Assembly: GCA_963665275.2 (NCBI GenBank)
Contig: CAXXIN010000007.1
Span: 352,001-416,000 of the forward strand
Origin: Negativicutes bacterium
GTDB taxonomy: Bacteria; Bacillota; Negativicutes; UBA1444
Direction: 5' to 3'
Length of the DNA stretch: 64,000 nt
Shown here piece by piece: positions 48,299 through 60,357 of this stretch. Under the pieces are notes generated by a model, which ran no database searches, was not told the origin of the DNA, and was given only the letters and a program-made list of their open reading frames with translations. The position numbers and the translations under genes are program-made. How positions within the stretch are numbered: the first letter of the stretch is position 1; each line of letters opens with the position of its first letter.

Positions 48299-49318
48299 AT
48301 GAAATCAGTTGTTTTGACGAAAGCCAGGTCTTTGGAAATTCAGGAACATTCCATGCCGGAAATACAGAATACAGATGCCATTCTCATTCGCGTAAAAGCC
48401 GTTGGAATCTGCGGTTCGGATGTCCATGCCTACGATGGTTCCCTGACCACAATCAAATACCCGCGCACTATCGGTCATGAAGTTGTCGGGGAAGTGATGG
48501 CTGTCGGTGAAGCCGTGACACACGTGCAGCCGGGCGATCATGTCGCCATGGACCCCGTTGTGAGTTGCGGCAAATGTCTTCCTTGCCGCAATGGACGCCG
48601 CAACGTATGCCGCGATGTCAAGTGCATGGGAGTCGCCGCCGAAGGCGGCGCCGCGGAATACATCATCCTGCCGGCCATTAATGTTGTCAAAATGCCGACG
48701 GATATTCCCTGGCGTGATGCAGTCTTGGCCGAGCCCTTCACCATCGGCGCAAACTCTACCGCCCAGGCGCGAGTGGCGCCGGGAGATATAGCGCTCATTA
48801 TGGGAGCTGGAACCATCGGACTCGTGGCTATGCAGGCAGCGAAGCTGCGGGGCGCCCGCGTGATGATCGCCGATATCGTGGACAATCGTCTGGAACTAGC
48901 CAAAACATTGGGTGCGGACCGAATCATCAATACCAGGAAGGAAGATCTAGCTGCCGCTGTTGCCGAATTTACCGACGGTGAAGGTGTCACCGTCTTCATC
49001 GATGCGGTTGGGGTTCCCGCCCTGCTGCTTCTGGGTTTGGAATTAACAGCTCCAACCGGTCGCGTGGTGGCGCTGGGTTTGACTGGCGACATCCTGACAT
49101 TTCCTCAGGCCGCCATATCAAAAAAAGAACTCGAATTGATTGGCTCACGGATGCATTCCAATCGTTTCCCTGAAGTCATTCGCTGGATCAGTGAAAAGAA
49201 AGTTCAGCCCGGTCCAATGGTTTCGCACGCGTTCCCTTTCTCTCAAGCGCAAGCCGCCTTCGATCTCATCGAAAAAAGTCCTGCAACTACCTGCAAAGTA
49301 ATCCTGACATTTGATTGA
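48299..49318 (+). CDS. Zinc-dependent MDR sugar-acid/polyol dehydrogenase
   Basis: GICGSD, GHE, CGKC..C..C structural Zn site and GAGTIG. Confidence 0.88.
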   Translation: MKSVVLTKARSLEIQEHSMPEIQNTDAILIRVKAVGICGSDVHAYDGSLTTIKYPRTIGHEVVGEVMAVGEAVTHVQPGDHVAMDPVVSCGKCLPCRNGRRNVCRDVKCMGVAAEGGAAEYIILPAINVVKMPTDIPWRDAVLAEPFTIGANSTAQARVAPGDIALIMGAGTIGLVAMQAAKLRGARVMIADIVDNRLELAKTLGADRIINTRKEDLAAAVAEFTDGEGVTVFIDAVGVPALLLLGLELTAPTGRVVALGLTGDILTFPQAAISKKELELIGSRMHSNRFPEVIRWISEKKVQPGPMVSHAFPFSQAQAAFDLIEKSPATTCKVILTFD

Positions 49319-49392
49319 TTTTCCCCAAAGTGCTTGATATAATGCCGATATAGCGTGAGGTGTTCTTCGAGCGGAGGCATCTCACATTTTTT
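49315..49392 (+). terminator. Promoter-like TTGATT-17-TATAAT followed by a terminator hairpin upstream of trkA
   Basis: GTGAGGTGTT...GGCATCTCAC-ATTTTTT. Confidence 0.55.
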
Positions 49393-49440
49393 CTGTAGAG
49401 CAACTACTGTTCTCGCGCAACATGACAGGAGGAAGAAATT

Positions 49441-50784
49441 TTGCGTATCATTATCATCGGCGCCGGCAAAGTCGGTTTCAAGCTGGCAGAAAAATTATCG
49501 CATGAAAAACATGAGGTCTTGGTCATTGAGCAAAATGAAGATCGTCGCAAAATACTGCAGGAACATTTGGACGTCCTGGTCTCTGGCGGTAATGGAGCCA
49601 GTCCCCTTGTTCTGTCGGATGTCGGTATCACGAATACGGATCTCTTGATTGCCGTGACCGACCAGGATGAAGTAAATATGCTGGCCTGCATGGTCGGCAA
49701 ACGGGCCGGCGTCGCTCGTACAATCGCCCGGGTCCGCAGCCCTGAATACGTTCAAAAAGATCAGGCGCTGTTTCGGGAATGGATGGGAATCGACCTGTTA
49801 ATCAACCCGGAAATGGTAACAGCACTCGAAATTCTTCAAATACTAAAGACACCTGCCGCTTTGGACGTGGAAGAATTTGCCGAAGGGCTGGTTCGCTTAC
49901 TGGAGGTGAATTTGCGTGTGAATTCACCTTTTGCCAACATCCAGTTAAAAAATCTAACCCTGCCCCCCAACATTTTGGTCGTCGGAATCCTGCGGCAAGA
50001 TAAAATGATCATTCCTAACGGCAGTGACATGCTCTTGCCTGATGATCATGTTTTTTTCATCGGTGAACATGATGCTATCATCGAGTTTGAAAGCAATTTT
50101 ACGCAAAAACTTTCGAAAGTTGAAAGGGTATTGATCATCGGCGCCGGACGTGTGGGTCGCAACCTGGCGGTTCTGTTGGAACAGAGTGGAATTTCGGTAA
50201 AAATAATCGACCGCGACCCGGAACGCTGCGAAGCTACAGCCTGCCTATTAAACAAAGGTATCGTACTGAACGGAGACGGCACTGACATCGATCTCTTGAC
50301 GCAGGAGGGAGCGGGCGAAGCTGATGCGATTGTCTGTCTCACCAATGATGACAAACTGAACCTTCTGGTAGCTCTACTGGCCAAGCGCCTCGGCGCCAAG
50401 AAAACGTTTGTCCGCGTAGGTCGTACGGAGTACGTTTCGATCATGCAGCAAGTCGGCGTTGATGTCGCGCTTTCACCGCAAATCATTACTGCCGGAGCCA
50501 TCTTGCGCTTCATACGTGAGGGAGATATGGTCTCTTTCATGCTGTTCGAAGGCGCAAAAGCAGAAGCAATGGAAATCATTGTTCCCAGCAATGCCAAAAT
50601 CACAAGAACTCCCTTGCACGAAGTTCAATTTCCGGATCAGGCACTGATCGGCATGGTGGTTCGTGGCGCTACCGCTATGATTCCAGATGGAAATACGATT
50701 CTGCAGTCGGGCGACCGTGCGGTTATCTTCACTGTACCCGAGCAAGCGGATATTATCTTCTCTCTCTTCCAGGCTAAGAGGTAG
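49441..50784 (+). CDS. trkA: Trk potassium uptake protein TrkA
   Basis: Two RCK domains (IIGAGKVG and IIGAGRVG); DEVNM; RBS AGGAGG with TTG start. Confidence 0.93.
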   Translation: MRIIIIGAGKVGFKLAEKLSHEKHEVLVIEQNEDRRKILQEHLDVLVSGGNGASPLVLSDVGITNTDLLIAVTDQDEVNMLACMVGKRAGVARTIARVRSPEYVQKDQALFREWMGIDLLINPEMVTALEILQILKTPAALDVEEFAEGLVRLLEVNLRVNSPFANIQLKNLTLPPNILVVGILRQDKMIIPNGSDMLLPDDHVFFIGEHDAIIEFESNFTQKLSKVERVLIIGAGRVGRNLAVLLEQSGISVKIIDRDPERCEATACLLNKGIVLNGDGTDIDLLTQEGAGEADAIVCLTNDDKLNLLVALLAKRLGAKKTFVRVGRTEYVSIMQQVGVDVALSPQIITAGAILRFIREGDMVSFMLFEGAKAEAMEIIVPSNAKITRTPLHEVQFPDQALIGMVVRGATAMIPDGNTILQSGDRAVIFTVPEQADIIFSLFQAKR

Positions 50785-50790
50785 CAGCTC

Positions 50791-52245
50791 ATGGATTATC
50801 GTTCGACAATCTCAATCTTGGGCCGTTTGACTTTTGGTTATGGACTCTGTATTTTAATGCCGGCACTTTTTTCTCTGTTTGAAGGGGACTTCGCTTGGAA
50901 ACCCCTGTTTTATGCTTCCCTGATCGCTCAACTTCTCGGGGTTGGTATGGCTATGATCCGACGCGAAACTCACCATATCGGAATCCGGGAAGGCTTCGCG
51001 ATCGTCGGGTTTGGCTGGATTATCGCCTCGCTCCTCGGAGCTCTGCCCTATACATTTTCAGGAATCCTGCCCAACTATGTGGATGCGGTATTTGAAACAG
51101 TTTCGGGGCTCACAACCACAGGAGCTTCTGTCATCTCCGACTTGGAGATCGTTCCCCGCGGAATCCTGCTCTGGCGAAGCCTCACCCACTGGCTGGGCGG
51201 CATGGGAATCATCGTTCTGTTCATCGCTTTCCTGCCAGAAATCGGCGCTGGCGCGATCCACATGTTCCGGGCCGAAGTCCCCGGGCCGAACGCCGATCGG
51301 GTAGTTCCGCGTCTTCGCGATACAGCAGTCGCATTATGGGGGATCTATACGGTTCTCACTGTAGCACAGACTTTATTACTGCTGCTTGCCGGAATGTCTT
51401 TTTTCGAATCCGTCAACCATACATTTGCAACGATGGCAACAGGTGGATTTTCGACCAAGAACAATAGTATTCTTTATTTTGACAACCTAGCGGCCGAATT
51501 GATCATTGTCCTGTTCATGACCATTGCCGGCGGGAACTTCGGACTATACTTTCTCGTATGGAAAAAGGGCATCCGCGTGCTCTTCCATGATCTGGAATTC
51601 AAAGCATATCTGGCCATCATGGGTTTTTCCACCCTGGTCATGTCCGCCAACCTCATCCTGGCAGCTGGACAACCAACTGGCCAAGCGCTACGAGATTCTC
51701 TGTTTGCGGCGTCTTCCATTATGACCACCACGGGGTTTGTTACGGCGGATTTTGACCGCTGGCCTGCTTTTTCCAAATTCGTCCTTTTGCTTCTAATGTT
51801 TGTCGGCGGATGCGCCGGATCAACAGCCGGCGCCATCAAGGTTGTTCGCCTGCTTTTACTTGGCAAACAATCCTGGACGGAGTTAAAAAGAGAGCTCCAC
51901 CCTAGAATGGTGTTTACGGTAAAAATAGACGGAAAGCCAGTCGCTCAGAGTATCCTCCAAGTAACTGGCCAGTTTTTTTTCGTGTATATCTCCACTTTTG
52001 TCTTGTCGGTGCTGCTGGTCACCGCCGCCGGGATGGAAGCCTGGGACGGCATAGGCGCTGTCGCTGCGACACTTGGCAATGTCGGCCCCGGATTCGGAGT
52101 GGTGGGTCCCACTACCACCTACAGCCTGCTGTCGGACTTCATCAAAATTGTTTTATCCGCCTGTATGCTGCTGGGTCGTTTAGAGTTGTTCACGTTGCTG
52201 ATTTTCCTGCGCCCTGAATTTTGGCGCGCCCATCGCAATTGGTAA
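50791..52245 (+). CDS. trkH: Trk potassium uptake membrane protein TrkH
   Basis: Four P-loops SGLTTTG, ATGGFS, TTTGF and GNVGPG; GGCAGSTAG; GRLELFT. Confidence 0.93.
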   Translation: MDYRSTISILGRLTFGYGLCILMPALFSLFEGDFAWKPLFYASLIAQLLGVGMAMIRRETHHIGIREGFAIVGFGWIIASLLGALPYTFSGILPNYVDAVFETVSGLTTTGASVISDLEIVPRGILLWRSLTHWLGGMGIIVLFIAFLPEIGAGAIHMFRAEVPGPNADRVVPRLRDTAVALWGIYTVLTVAQTLLLLLAGMSFFESVNHTFATMATGGFSTKNNSILYFDNLAAELIIVLFMTIAGGNFGLYFLVWKKGIRVLFHDLEFKAYLAIMGFSTLVMSANLILAAGQPTGQALRDSLFAASSIMTTTGFVTADFDRWPAFSKFVLLLLMFVGGCAGSTAGAIKVVRLLLLGKQSWTELKRELHPRMVFTVKIDGKPVAQSILQVTGQFFFVYISTFVLSVLLVTAAGMEAWDGIGAVAATLGNVGPGFGVVGPTTTYSLLSDFIKIVLSACMLLGRLELFTLLIFLRPEFWRAHRNW

Positions 52246-52251
52246 CGTTTT

Positions 52252-53236
52252 TTAGCGATAGTTAACCTCCTGATTCACGCATGTCTTCAAGGGCTTTTTT
52301 TCCAAACCCAAAACCAGATTCTCCGCAGCCAACATGGCCATCCGGTTGCGGGTTTCGATCGTGCCGCTGCCGATATGTGGTGTAATCAGCACATTAGGCA
52401 GTTTCAGCAGTGGGTGATCGGACGGAATAGGCTCCGGATCAGTGACATCCAGTGCGCAGCCTGCAATCACTCCATCCCTAACAGCCTCGTAGAGAGCTGC
52501 AGTCTCCACAATTCCCCCTCGGGCCGCGTTAATGAAATACGCGGTCTTTTTCATGTGCGCAAAACTGTTCTCGCCTGAACATCAACTGGGATTCACTGCT
52601 GAGTGGAATCAGAACCACAATGAAATCAGAGCGATGCAGCAATTCTTCAAAAGAAACATATTCCGCTCCGCCTTCTTCCTCCGGACTGCGGCCGTCGGCG
52701 ATTATGATAAATGATTTTCAGCCCGCAAGCCATCCCCCGCCGGGCTACTGCCGATCTCGATCTGCCCCATTCCGACAATCCCCAAAGTTTTGCCATATAA
52801 ATCCACTCCCAGAGGGATATCAGCCGCCGGGGTCCACGCCCCCGAATCAACGATCGCAACGCTTTCCTTGATGCGCCGCGCTGCACACATTAGCAGCAGA
52901 AAAGCTAAATCCGCAGTTGCCTCCGTCAGCACGCCCGGTGTATTGCCAAAGGGAATTCCGTGCCGGGTGCAGGCTGCAACGTCAATATTATCATAGCCCA
53001 CAGAGCTTTGCGCGATCACTCGCAGGCTTGGGTGCATGCGCAAGCAATTCTTCATCAACTTTGGCAGCTTTTGCCCCAACTGACATCAGCCCTTCGGCAT
53101 CCGCCAGCCATTCAAAAAGCACTTCCCGCGGTATATTCCCCGGTTGGTCCCAAGACCTGACTTCGCAACGTTCCCGAATCCATTGATCAGCCTCAGGCAT
53201 CGGCTGGCCGGTCATCACTATTTTCCCCAGTTTCAT
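52252..53236 (-). CDS. D-glycerate dehydrogenase/glyoxylate reductase (D-2-hydroxyacid DH), multiply frameshifted
   Basis: VGYDNID, NTPGVLTEATAD, GIVGMGQI, INAARG, LDVTDPEP and TPHIGS across several frames. Confidence 0.85.
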
Positions 53237-53289
53237 CAAGACCCTCCCCATAATTTGCTGTCACTAGTCCGTTAGCGAATATTAAATTA

Positions 53290-55558
53290 TCATATTCGCG
53301 ACCGTCGATCCACTTCCTCCATGCCCAACAACTTTTTTATCAGCCCGATTACTTCTCGTTGCTCACTCACCAGATACTGCGCGACCGTCGAGCGGACCCC
53401 CTATCTTGATCGTCACCGTTTCTTCCGGCAAAGCCTGAAACATATCTTCATCGGTCCAGTCATCCCCGCAGGCAAGAATGAAGTCATAAGGAGTTTCACT
53501 CAGTGCCGCCAGCGCCGCGACTCCTTTATTGGCGGCTTTGGCACGGACTTCCACAACCTTGTTGCCATCCAGGACTTCCATATTGGGTCCGGGAAAGCAA
53601 TTTGTTCAATTCAAATTTAAGTTCCTGCGCCATAAAATCGGCGGATTCCGCATCAGACAGACGATAATGCCAGGCAATCGAGCACTCTTTCTCTTCCAGA
53701 AAGGAAGCGGGCAAACGCTCGACAAAAAGTTCAAGCAGGGGAAGGATTCGCTGTTTCCAGCGGTTGTCAGGGAAAACCCGCTTGCGCCATATTCCGCCGT
53801 ACCGCTTCATCCAGGCGCCATGTTCAGCAACCAGACTCATACGCAAATTGCCAAACTGCGATTGGAGAAACTCCCGCGGCCTTCCGCTAACGATAGTGAT
53901 ATCATTGCGCGCATCAGCCGCCAACTCTAGCAACACATCCAAGATCCCAGCATCAGGAAGAGCCTGATCGGGCGTTCGCGCGATCGGCACCAGAGTCCCA
54001 TCATAGTCAAAGAACAAAGCCCGACGATTCGCCTGGGCATATTTTCGGCCGATCAGATCCGTCTTGGCGGCAGTCAGCATTTTGTCAGCGGTTTCTTGAT
54101 TCGCAGCAGACGTATCCATCAATTCATGCAAAAAAAATCCGTCCCCAACGGTGGACATCATGCCTTTTTACACTATCCTTCATTGCAGACATTCGGGATG
54201 CCTGCTCTTCGATTGGCATGATCAGCGCTTGTTGGATCGCGTCGGACATTTTCTTCACGACTGTTTAGGATTTATGACCAGTGCTTCCGGCAATTCACGC
54301 GCCGCTCCTGCCATTTTCGCTGAGAATCAGAACTCCAGTATCGTCGATCCGTGACGCAACGAACTCTTTGGCAACCAGATTCATCCCGTCACGCAGCGGT
54401 GTGACCAAGGCGACGTCCGCCGCCGCATAAAGAGAGCTCAACGCCTGCAAGCCAAGATTTTTGTACAGATAGGCGATAGGCGCCCAACCAATATCGCCAA
54501 AGCGCCCATTGATATGTCCGACCAACTCATCAATTTCCCGGCGCATATCCTGATAACGGTCCACGCCAATCCGCGACGGAACTACCAACAAGAGCATGAC
54601 GACCTTGTTATGCCACTCCGGGTGACGTTCAAGAAACAGTTCATAGGCCAAAAGACGTTTTGCGATCCCCTTGGTATAGTCTAAACGGTCAACGGACAGG
54701 ATCGCCATCTGCCTGACTAGTTTACGGCGAATTACGTCTGCTTCTCGACGAACTTTGAGCGATCGGGCCGTATCATGATAGCGGTCAAAATCTATCCCTA
54801 TGGGAAATGCGTCCACCCGAATCTCCCGGTTTTGATGCATTATGCGGCCGATGTGGTTCTGATAACCAGCCAGACGCAACGAAGACGTCAAAAAATGCCG
54901 CACATAATCGATGGTATGAAAGCCTATTACATCAGCGCCCAGAAGCCCGTCCACCAACGCCGTCGCCCATTTTCGCGGCAACATCCGAAAAACTTCATAG
55001 GCCGGAAACGGGATGTGCAGAAAAAACCCTATTGAATTGCCGGGGCAGCGTTCCCGTAGCATGGCGGGCAACAACATAAAGTGATAATCGTGAATCCATA
55101 CCACATCACCAGGTCGTAACAGGTTCGCGACGACATCGCAGAAACGCCGGTTCACTTCTTCATATATTTGCCACATCGGCTCTTCATAAACGGTAAGCGT
55201 GGGAAAATAGTGAAACAATGGCCAAATTGTCTTATTGCAAAAACCCAGATAAAACTGATCCATCACGTCCTGTTCCAAAAATACCGGATCGCAACCATGC
55301 TGTTCTATCAACTGTTGGCGAACCATCGGCTGATATTCGTTCGCAATTGTATTTCCGGGCCAGCCCACCCATAAGAACTCTGACAGTTCAACAGGATTTT
55401 CCATTTTTCGCCGATCCAGGAACGCACCGAGCGCGCTAACCAATCCGCCCGCACTTGGCCCCCATCGTCATTTCTCCATTTTCGATGCCGACGGTCATCG
55501 GCAACCGATTGGAAACAATAATCAGACGGCCTTCATGTGCACCTGCTGATTCAGTCAT
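53290..55558 (-). CDS. Bifunctional trehalose-6-phosphate synthase/phosphatase (OtsA-OtsB fusion), multiply frameshifted
   Basis: [31 protein letters not shown] and DGMNLVAKE, then the HAD motifs DYDGTL and [10 protein letters not shown]. Confidence 0.88.
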
Positions 55559-55710
55559 GATAGCCACCTCCAGTCAATGAACTGTTCGCCCCATAAAGCT
55601 GCGTGCAGGAAACAGTGAAACAATGAAGAATTCTAACCCACATGTGAATATAGCGATTTTGCAGAATTGTTATTTTATTATACCATAAACACCCATAAGG
55701 GAGGTTCGAC

Positions 55711-58700
55711 ATGAACGCATCGACATGGTACAAAGACGCAGTGATCTATCAGGTACATGTCCGATCCTTTGCCGATTCCAACCTCGACGGCATCGGTGAC
55801 TTTCCCGGATTGACGGAGAAACTCGACTATATCGTCAATCTGGGAGTCACGGCACTTTGGTTGTTGCCCTTCTACCCATCGCCGCTGAAAGATGACGGGT
55901 ATGATATTGCCGATTACCGCGCCATCCATCCTGACTATGGGACAATCAGCGACTTCAAACGTTTTTTGAAAGCGGCCCACTCAAAAGGATTGAAAGTCAT
56001 CACCGAATTAGTCCTCAATCACACTTCAGACCAACACAGTTGGTTTCCAGCGTTCCAGGAAGGCAAAACCAGGCTCCCGATACCACAACTACTACGTATG
56101 GAATGATAGCGACAAAAAATATGCCGAAGCCCGGATTATTTTCAAAGATTTTGAAGAATCCAACTGGAATTGGGATTCTACAGCGCAAGCGTACTATTGG
56201 CATAGATTTTATCGGCACCAGCCGGACCTGAACTTCGAAGAACCTGCCGTAAAAAAAGAAATGCTAAGAATCGTAGACTACTGGCTTTCCATGGGAGTTG
56301 ATGGGTTGCGGCTGGACGCTGTACCATATCTCTATGAAAGGGAAGGGACTGACTGCGAAAATCTTCCTGCAACACACGCTTTTCTTAAAGAGTTACGCCA
56401 CCATGTCGATAGCCGCTATCCCAATCGGATGCTCCTGGCCGAAGCCAATGGCTGGCCCGAAGATGTCGTGCAGTATTTCGGCGATGATGACGAATGTCAC
56501 ATGGCCTTTAATTTTCCATTAATGCCGCGTATTTATCTTTCTGTAGGAATGGAAACCGCCTGGCCGGTTATCGATGCGATTTCAAAAACGCCGGCAACCT
56601 CAGAAAAAAGCCAATGGGCACTCTTTCTTCGCAATCATGATGAACTGACCATGGAAATGCTGACCGAAGAAGAACGCGATTTTTTCGTGAAACTTTATGC
56701 ACCTGATCCCCGTTCGCGCATCAATCTCGGCATTCGTCGCCGCCTCGCGCCTTTATTGAACGGCAACCGACGCAAGCTCGAACTGCTGAATGCACTGTTG
56801 TTGAGTCTTCCGGTTCGCCTGTCATTTACTACGGCGACGAAATAGGCATGGGCGACAACATTTATCTCGGCGACCGAAATGGAGTCCGCACCCCGATGCA
56901 ATGGTCCGCCGATCGAAATGCCGGATTTTCCCAGGCCAATCCGCAAAAACTGACTCTTCCTGTCATTACGAGCCCCAATATCATTATGAAAGCGTTAATG
57001 TCGAAGCCCAGGAACAGAATCCATCCTCTTTTCTCTGGTGGCTGCGTCGTCTGATATCGCTGCGAAACCGTTACCCGGCTTTCGGGCGGGGCTCAACCAT
57101 TTTTCCGGCATCCGACAATGACAAGGTATTGGCTTTCATACGTATCTCCAGCGATGAAATCATTCTGATTGCCGCCAACATGTCCCGGTTCGTCCAGCAT
57201 GTCAACCTCGACCTTTCAACCTGGACCGGCATGGTTCTCCGGGAAATCATGGGGGGCATGATTTTTCCGCCCATTGTTCCCGGTCGTTACGGGCTAAGCC
57301 TTGGACCTCATACTTTCTACTGGTTCCGGCTTGAAAAGAAACAGCTGCGCGGACGCCCGCTGTGCGACACGCTGGAAATGACAGCTGGAGAGCTCGCAAC
57401 GCAGGAATTATCCGCAATGGAAGATCTGTTATCACCAGCGCTCTGGCAAAAAATCAATTTGAGACTGCCGGCGTTCCTTGAAGCGTTGCCATTGCAACCG
57501 GTGGGTTGCAGCGTCCGCGCGGCCACCATCATCGACGGCTTCATTCTCCCCCAGCGGTCGCCACGTGTTGTATATCGTCCGGGCCGAAACGCCGGCGATT
57601 TCATCCATTCGGGTCGCAGTGGCTCTTGCTTTATATCATCGCGCCTCGGACAAACCGGATCGACTGCTGGCCAGGCTCCGTATTGCTGACATCGTTTACG
57701 AATTGGCTGACGCGACTTTGGACAGCGCATGGCAAGCCTGGCTTTATGATTTTTCCAACACGCAGCGCCGCCTTCATGGAAGCTTTGGAACTTTGGCCAC
57801 CTCCCGTTTTTTCAGCCTATACCAAGCCACCGGAAGTGTGTCGGCCGGAAAATGGTGAATGCAGATCACAATCACCTTTCGCTATTCTTCCGCCCCCTAT
57901 CATGTGTTGAAAATTTTTCGTCAACTGGACGAAGGCGCCCATCCAGAAAAAGAATTGGCCCGCTTCTTGCAAGAACAAACTGAGTTCAAAAAAGCACCGG
58001 CCATACAGACTTCCATTGAGTATGTCGGCAACAATGGCCTCCCCAGTACTTTTGCTGTCCTGCATGCTTATATTCCTCATCGCAGCGACGGTCTACAGTA
58101 CACGCGCGACAGCCTCATGCCTTTCTTTGAAAGCGCGCTGACGTCTGCCTCCGAACTGGAAAAACTGCTGCCGCCCAGCCTCTCTCCCCTTCGGCTTGCT
58201 TTGAATCCTCCCAATGATGCGGTTCGATTATCCATTGGGCCCATGATTGAGACAGCCGGCCGTATCGGCGCCCTAACCCATGAATTGCATGTCGCACTAT
58301 CATCAGCTCCTGCCGATATTGTCTTTGCTCCAGAACGTTACACAATTCACTACCAAAAGCAGCTTTCACACGCCATGGCGCGACTGCTGGACTTTTCGCT
58401 GTTGCAACTCATGGAGCTTCAACCCTTGTTAGAACCCTCGCTTCAGCGGAGCTTTGAATCCATCCAGCGCCGCAGGCCTCAAATGGAATCGCTGTTCAAG
58501 CAAGTGGCTATTAAACCGATCTCAACCTATCGAATTCGCGAGCATGGCGACTATCATTTGGGCCAGTTGCTGGTCGGAGAACACGGCGAACTTTGGATAA
58601 TCGACTTTGAAGGCCAACCGGCTCGTCCCCTGACGGAACGTCGCATCAAACGTTCTCCGCTGCGAGATGTCGCCAGTATGTTATGGTCTTTTTACACCTG

Positions 58701-59037
58701 TGTTCACAAGATGGCACGTAGCCATGCCGCCAGCAGTTTTCCCGGATCCGACCCTTTACAGATCACCAAGGTGGCTGATAGCTGGTGCCGTTGGGTTTCG
58801 TCCGCCTTTCTCAGAGCTTATTTTGACGCTGCCCGCGCATTACCTTCGGACCATCCCGCAGGCATTCATCGAATCCATGACGCGGCGCTGCTGTTGGATA
58901 GTTTCTGCCTGGAACACGGCCTGGAACAGCTAGGCCGGGACGTTATCCGTACCGGACGTCCGGATGAGCTCAACCTCTCAGGATTGCTATTCTGGTTGGA
59001 AAGCCTATCCGCCGGCGCATCGCACGCTAAGCACTGA
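55711..59037 (+). CDS. treS: Trehalose synthase-maltokinase (TreS-Mak/Pep2) fusion, multiply frameshifted
   Basis: [36 protein letters not shown] and RTPMQW, then the kinase motifs [13 protein letters not shown] and SPLRDVA. Confidence 0.87.
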
Positions 59038-59186
59038 ACCGGCAATCCTCTGCATCCATCCGAAACGAGCATTCATGCTCGTTTCTTTTTTCACCCTATC
59101 CTTCAGGGATAGGACCCAATGAAAAATCCATCCCTGCACGCTACATTAAATTGTCAGAAAATGAATTATAATTTAATTATCAGACA

Positions 59187-59204
59187 ATGTGCATATTTTC
59201 ACAT
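59187..59204. promoter_or_regulatory. Candidate Rex or Crp/Fnr-type operator
   Basis: ATGTGCATATTTTCACAT (TGTG-N8-CACA) just upstream of an anaerobic respiratory operon. Confidence 0.5.
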
Positions 59205-59224
59205 GCACCCAAGGAGGAATACAA

Positions 59225-60271
59225 GTGCGGCTACTCAGAAATTTGCTTCTCCTCGCCGTCCCGTTACTGTTATTGGCAGGCTGCGGAGCGCAACCGGCGG
59301 CCCAGGCGCCGGGTCTGCAGAAGACGTCAGCGACTGCGGCGGCTCTTTCCGCCTCCCCTTTTTCCCTGCTTCGACAAAACAGCGACAGCTATCTGAAAGC
59401 CAATCATCCGCTGTATATCGAGGCTGGTGAAATCTATGAAAAAGTGGTGGTCAAGGCCGATCCATCGTATTATCTTGTAGATGTCCGCTCGGATGAACAT
59501 TTCGCCAAACACCATATCCCCGGCTCAATTCATATTGCTTACGCCGATACTTGGCGTTCCAGTAAAACGGAGTTCCTGCCCCGTGATAAAAAAATCATCG
59601 TCATCGATTATTCGGGCCACACTTCCAGTCAGGTTGCCGCACTTTGGTCCATGATGGGTTTTGATGCGGTCGCCATGAAACATGGCATGGCAGGCTGGTC
59701 CAAAGATAAAGAGGTCATCGGCGGTTCTCCCATTCCCTGCGAACCCAAAAACTTCGCTGTAGTAAAAGATTCCACTCCCAACCAAACGTACGACTTTCCA
59801 TCCGTGGAAACGAAAGCTTCCAGCTTCCCGGAACTACTGCAACAAAGAGCGGAGGCCGCCACCGGCAAACCCGTCGTAATGCAGGCGGATGAGGTGCTTG
59901 CCAAAGTCTCTGCCAAAACAATTTTTGTACTTGATGTACGAGCACCGGAACATTTTGCCGCCGGTCATATCGCCGGCGCCGTCAATATCCCTTTTCGCAG
60001 CTTGATGGACGAGGCTAACCTGAAAAAGCTGCCGCCCAATCAGCAGGTCGTGGTTGTATGTTATGACGGGCATGCCGCGAGTCAGGCAGTCCGGGTCCTC
60101 AACCAGTTGGGCTACGATTCCGTCTCGATGCGCGATGGAATGAGCCTCTGGACCGGAGACGTCAATGTCATCGGCGCCCCATCGATAGCCTGCACTATTC
60201 CTGAACGCATCACAGCCGCTCTGAATGCCCCGCTCAATCCGGGCCCCAGCACGGCCGCCACCTGAGGGTAA
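59225..60271 (+). CDS. Tandem-rhodanese lipoprotein with predicted C-terminal selenocysteine (...STAAT-U-G)
   Basis: Lipobox LAGC; two rhodanese domains (DVR..HIPGS and HIAGA; VIDYSGH and VVCYDGH); TGA GGG TAA followed by a SECIS-like hairpin with a GGTC loop. Confidence 0.8.
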
Positions 60272-60357
60272 CCATATTGGCAGCCGGTCGGCTGCTGTAA
60301 CGGGTATCGCGGGTAAGAGATAAACTGAAATATTCTTGACCGAAAAGAGGATTTTGG

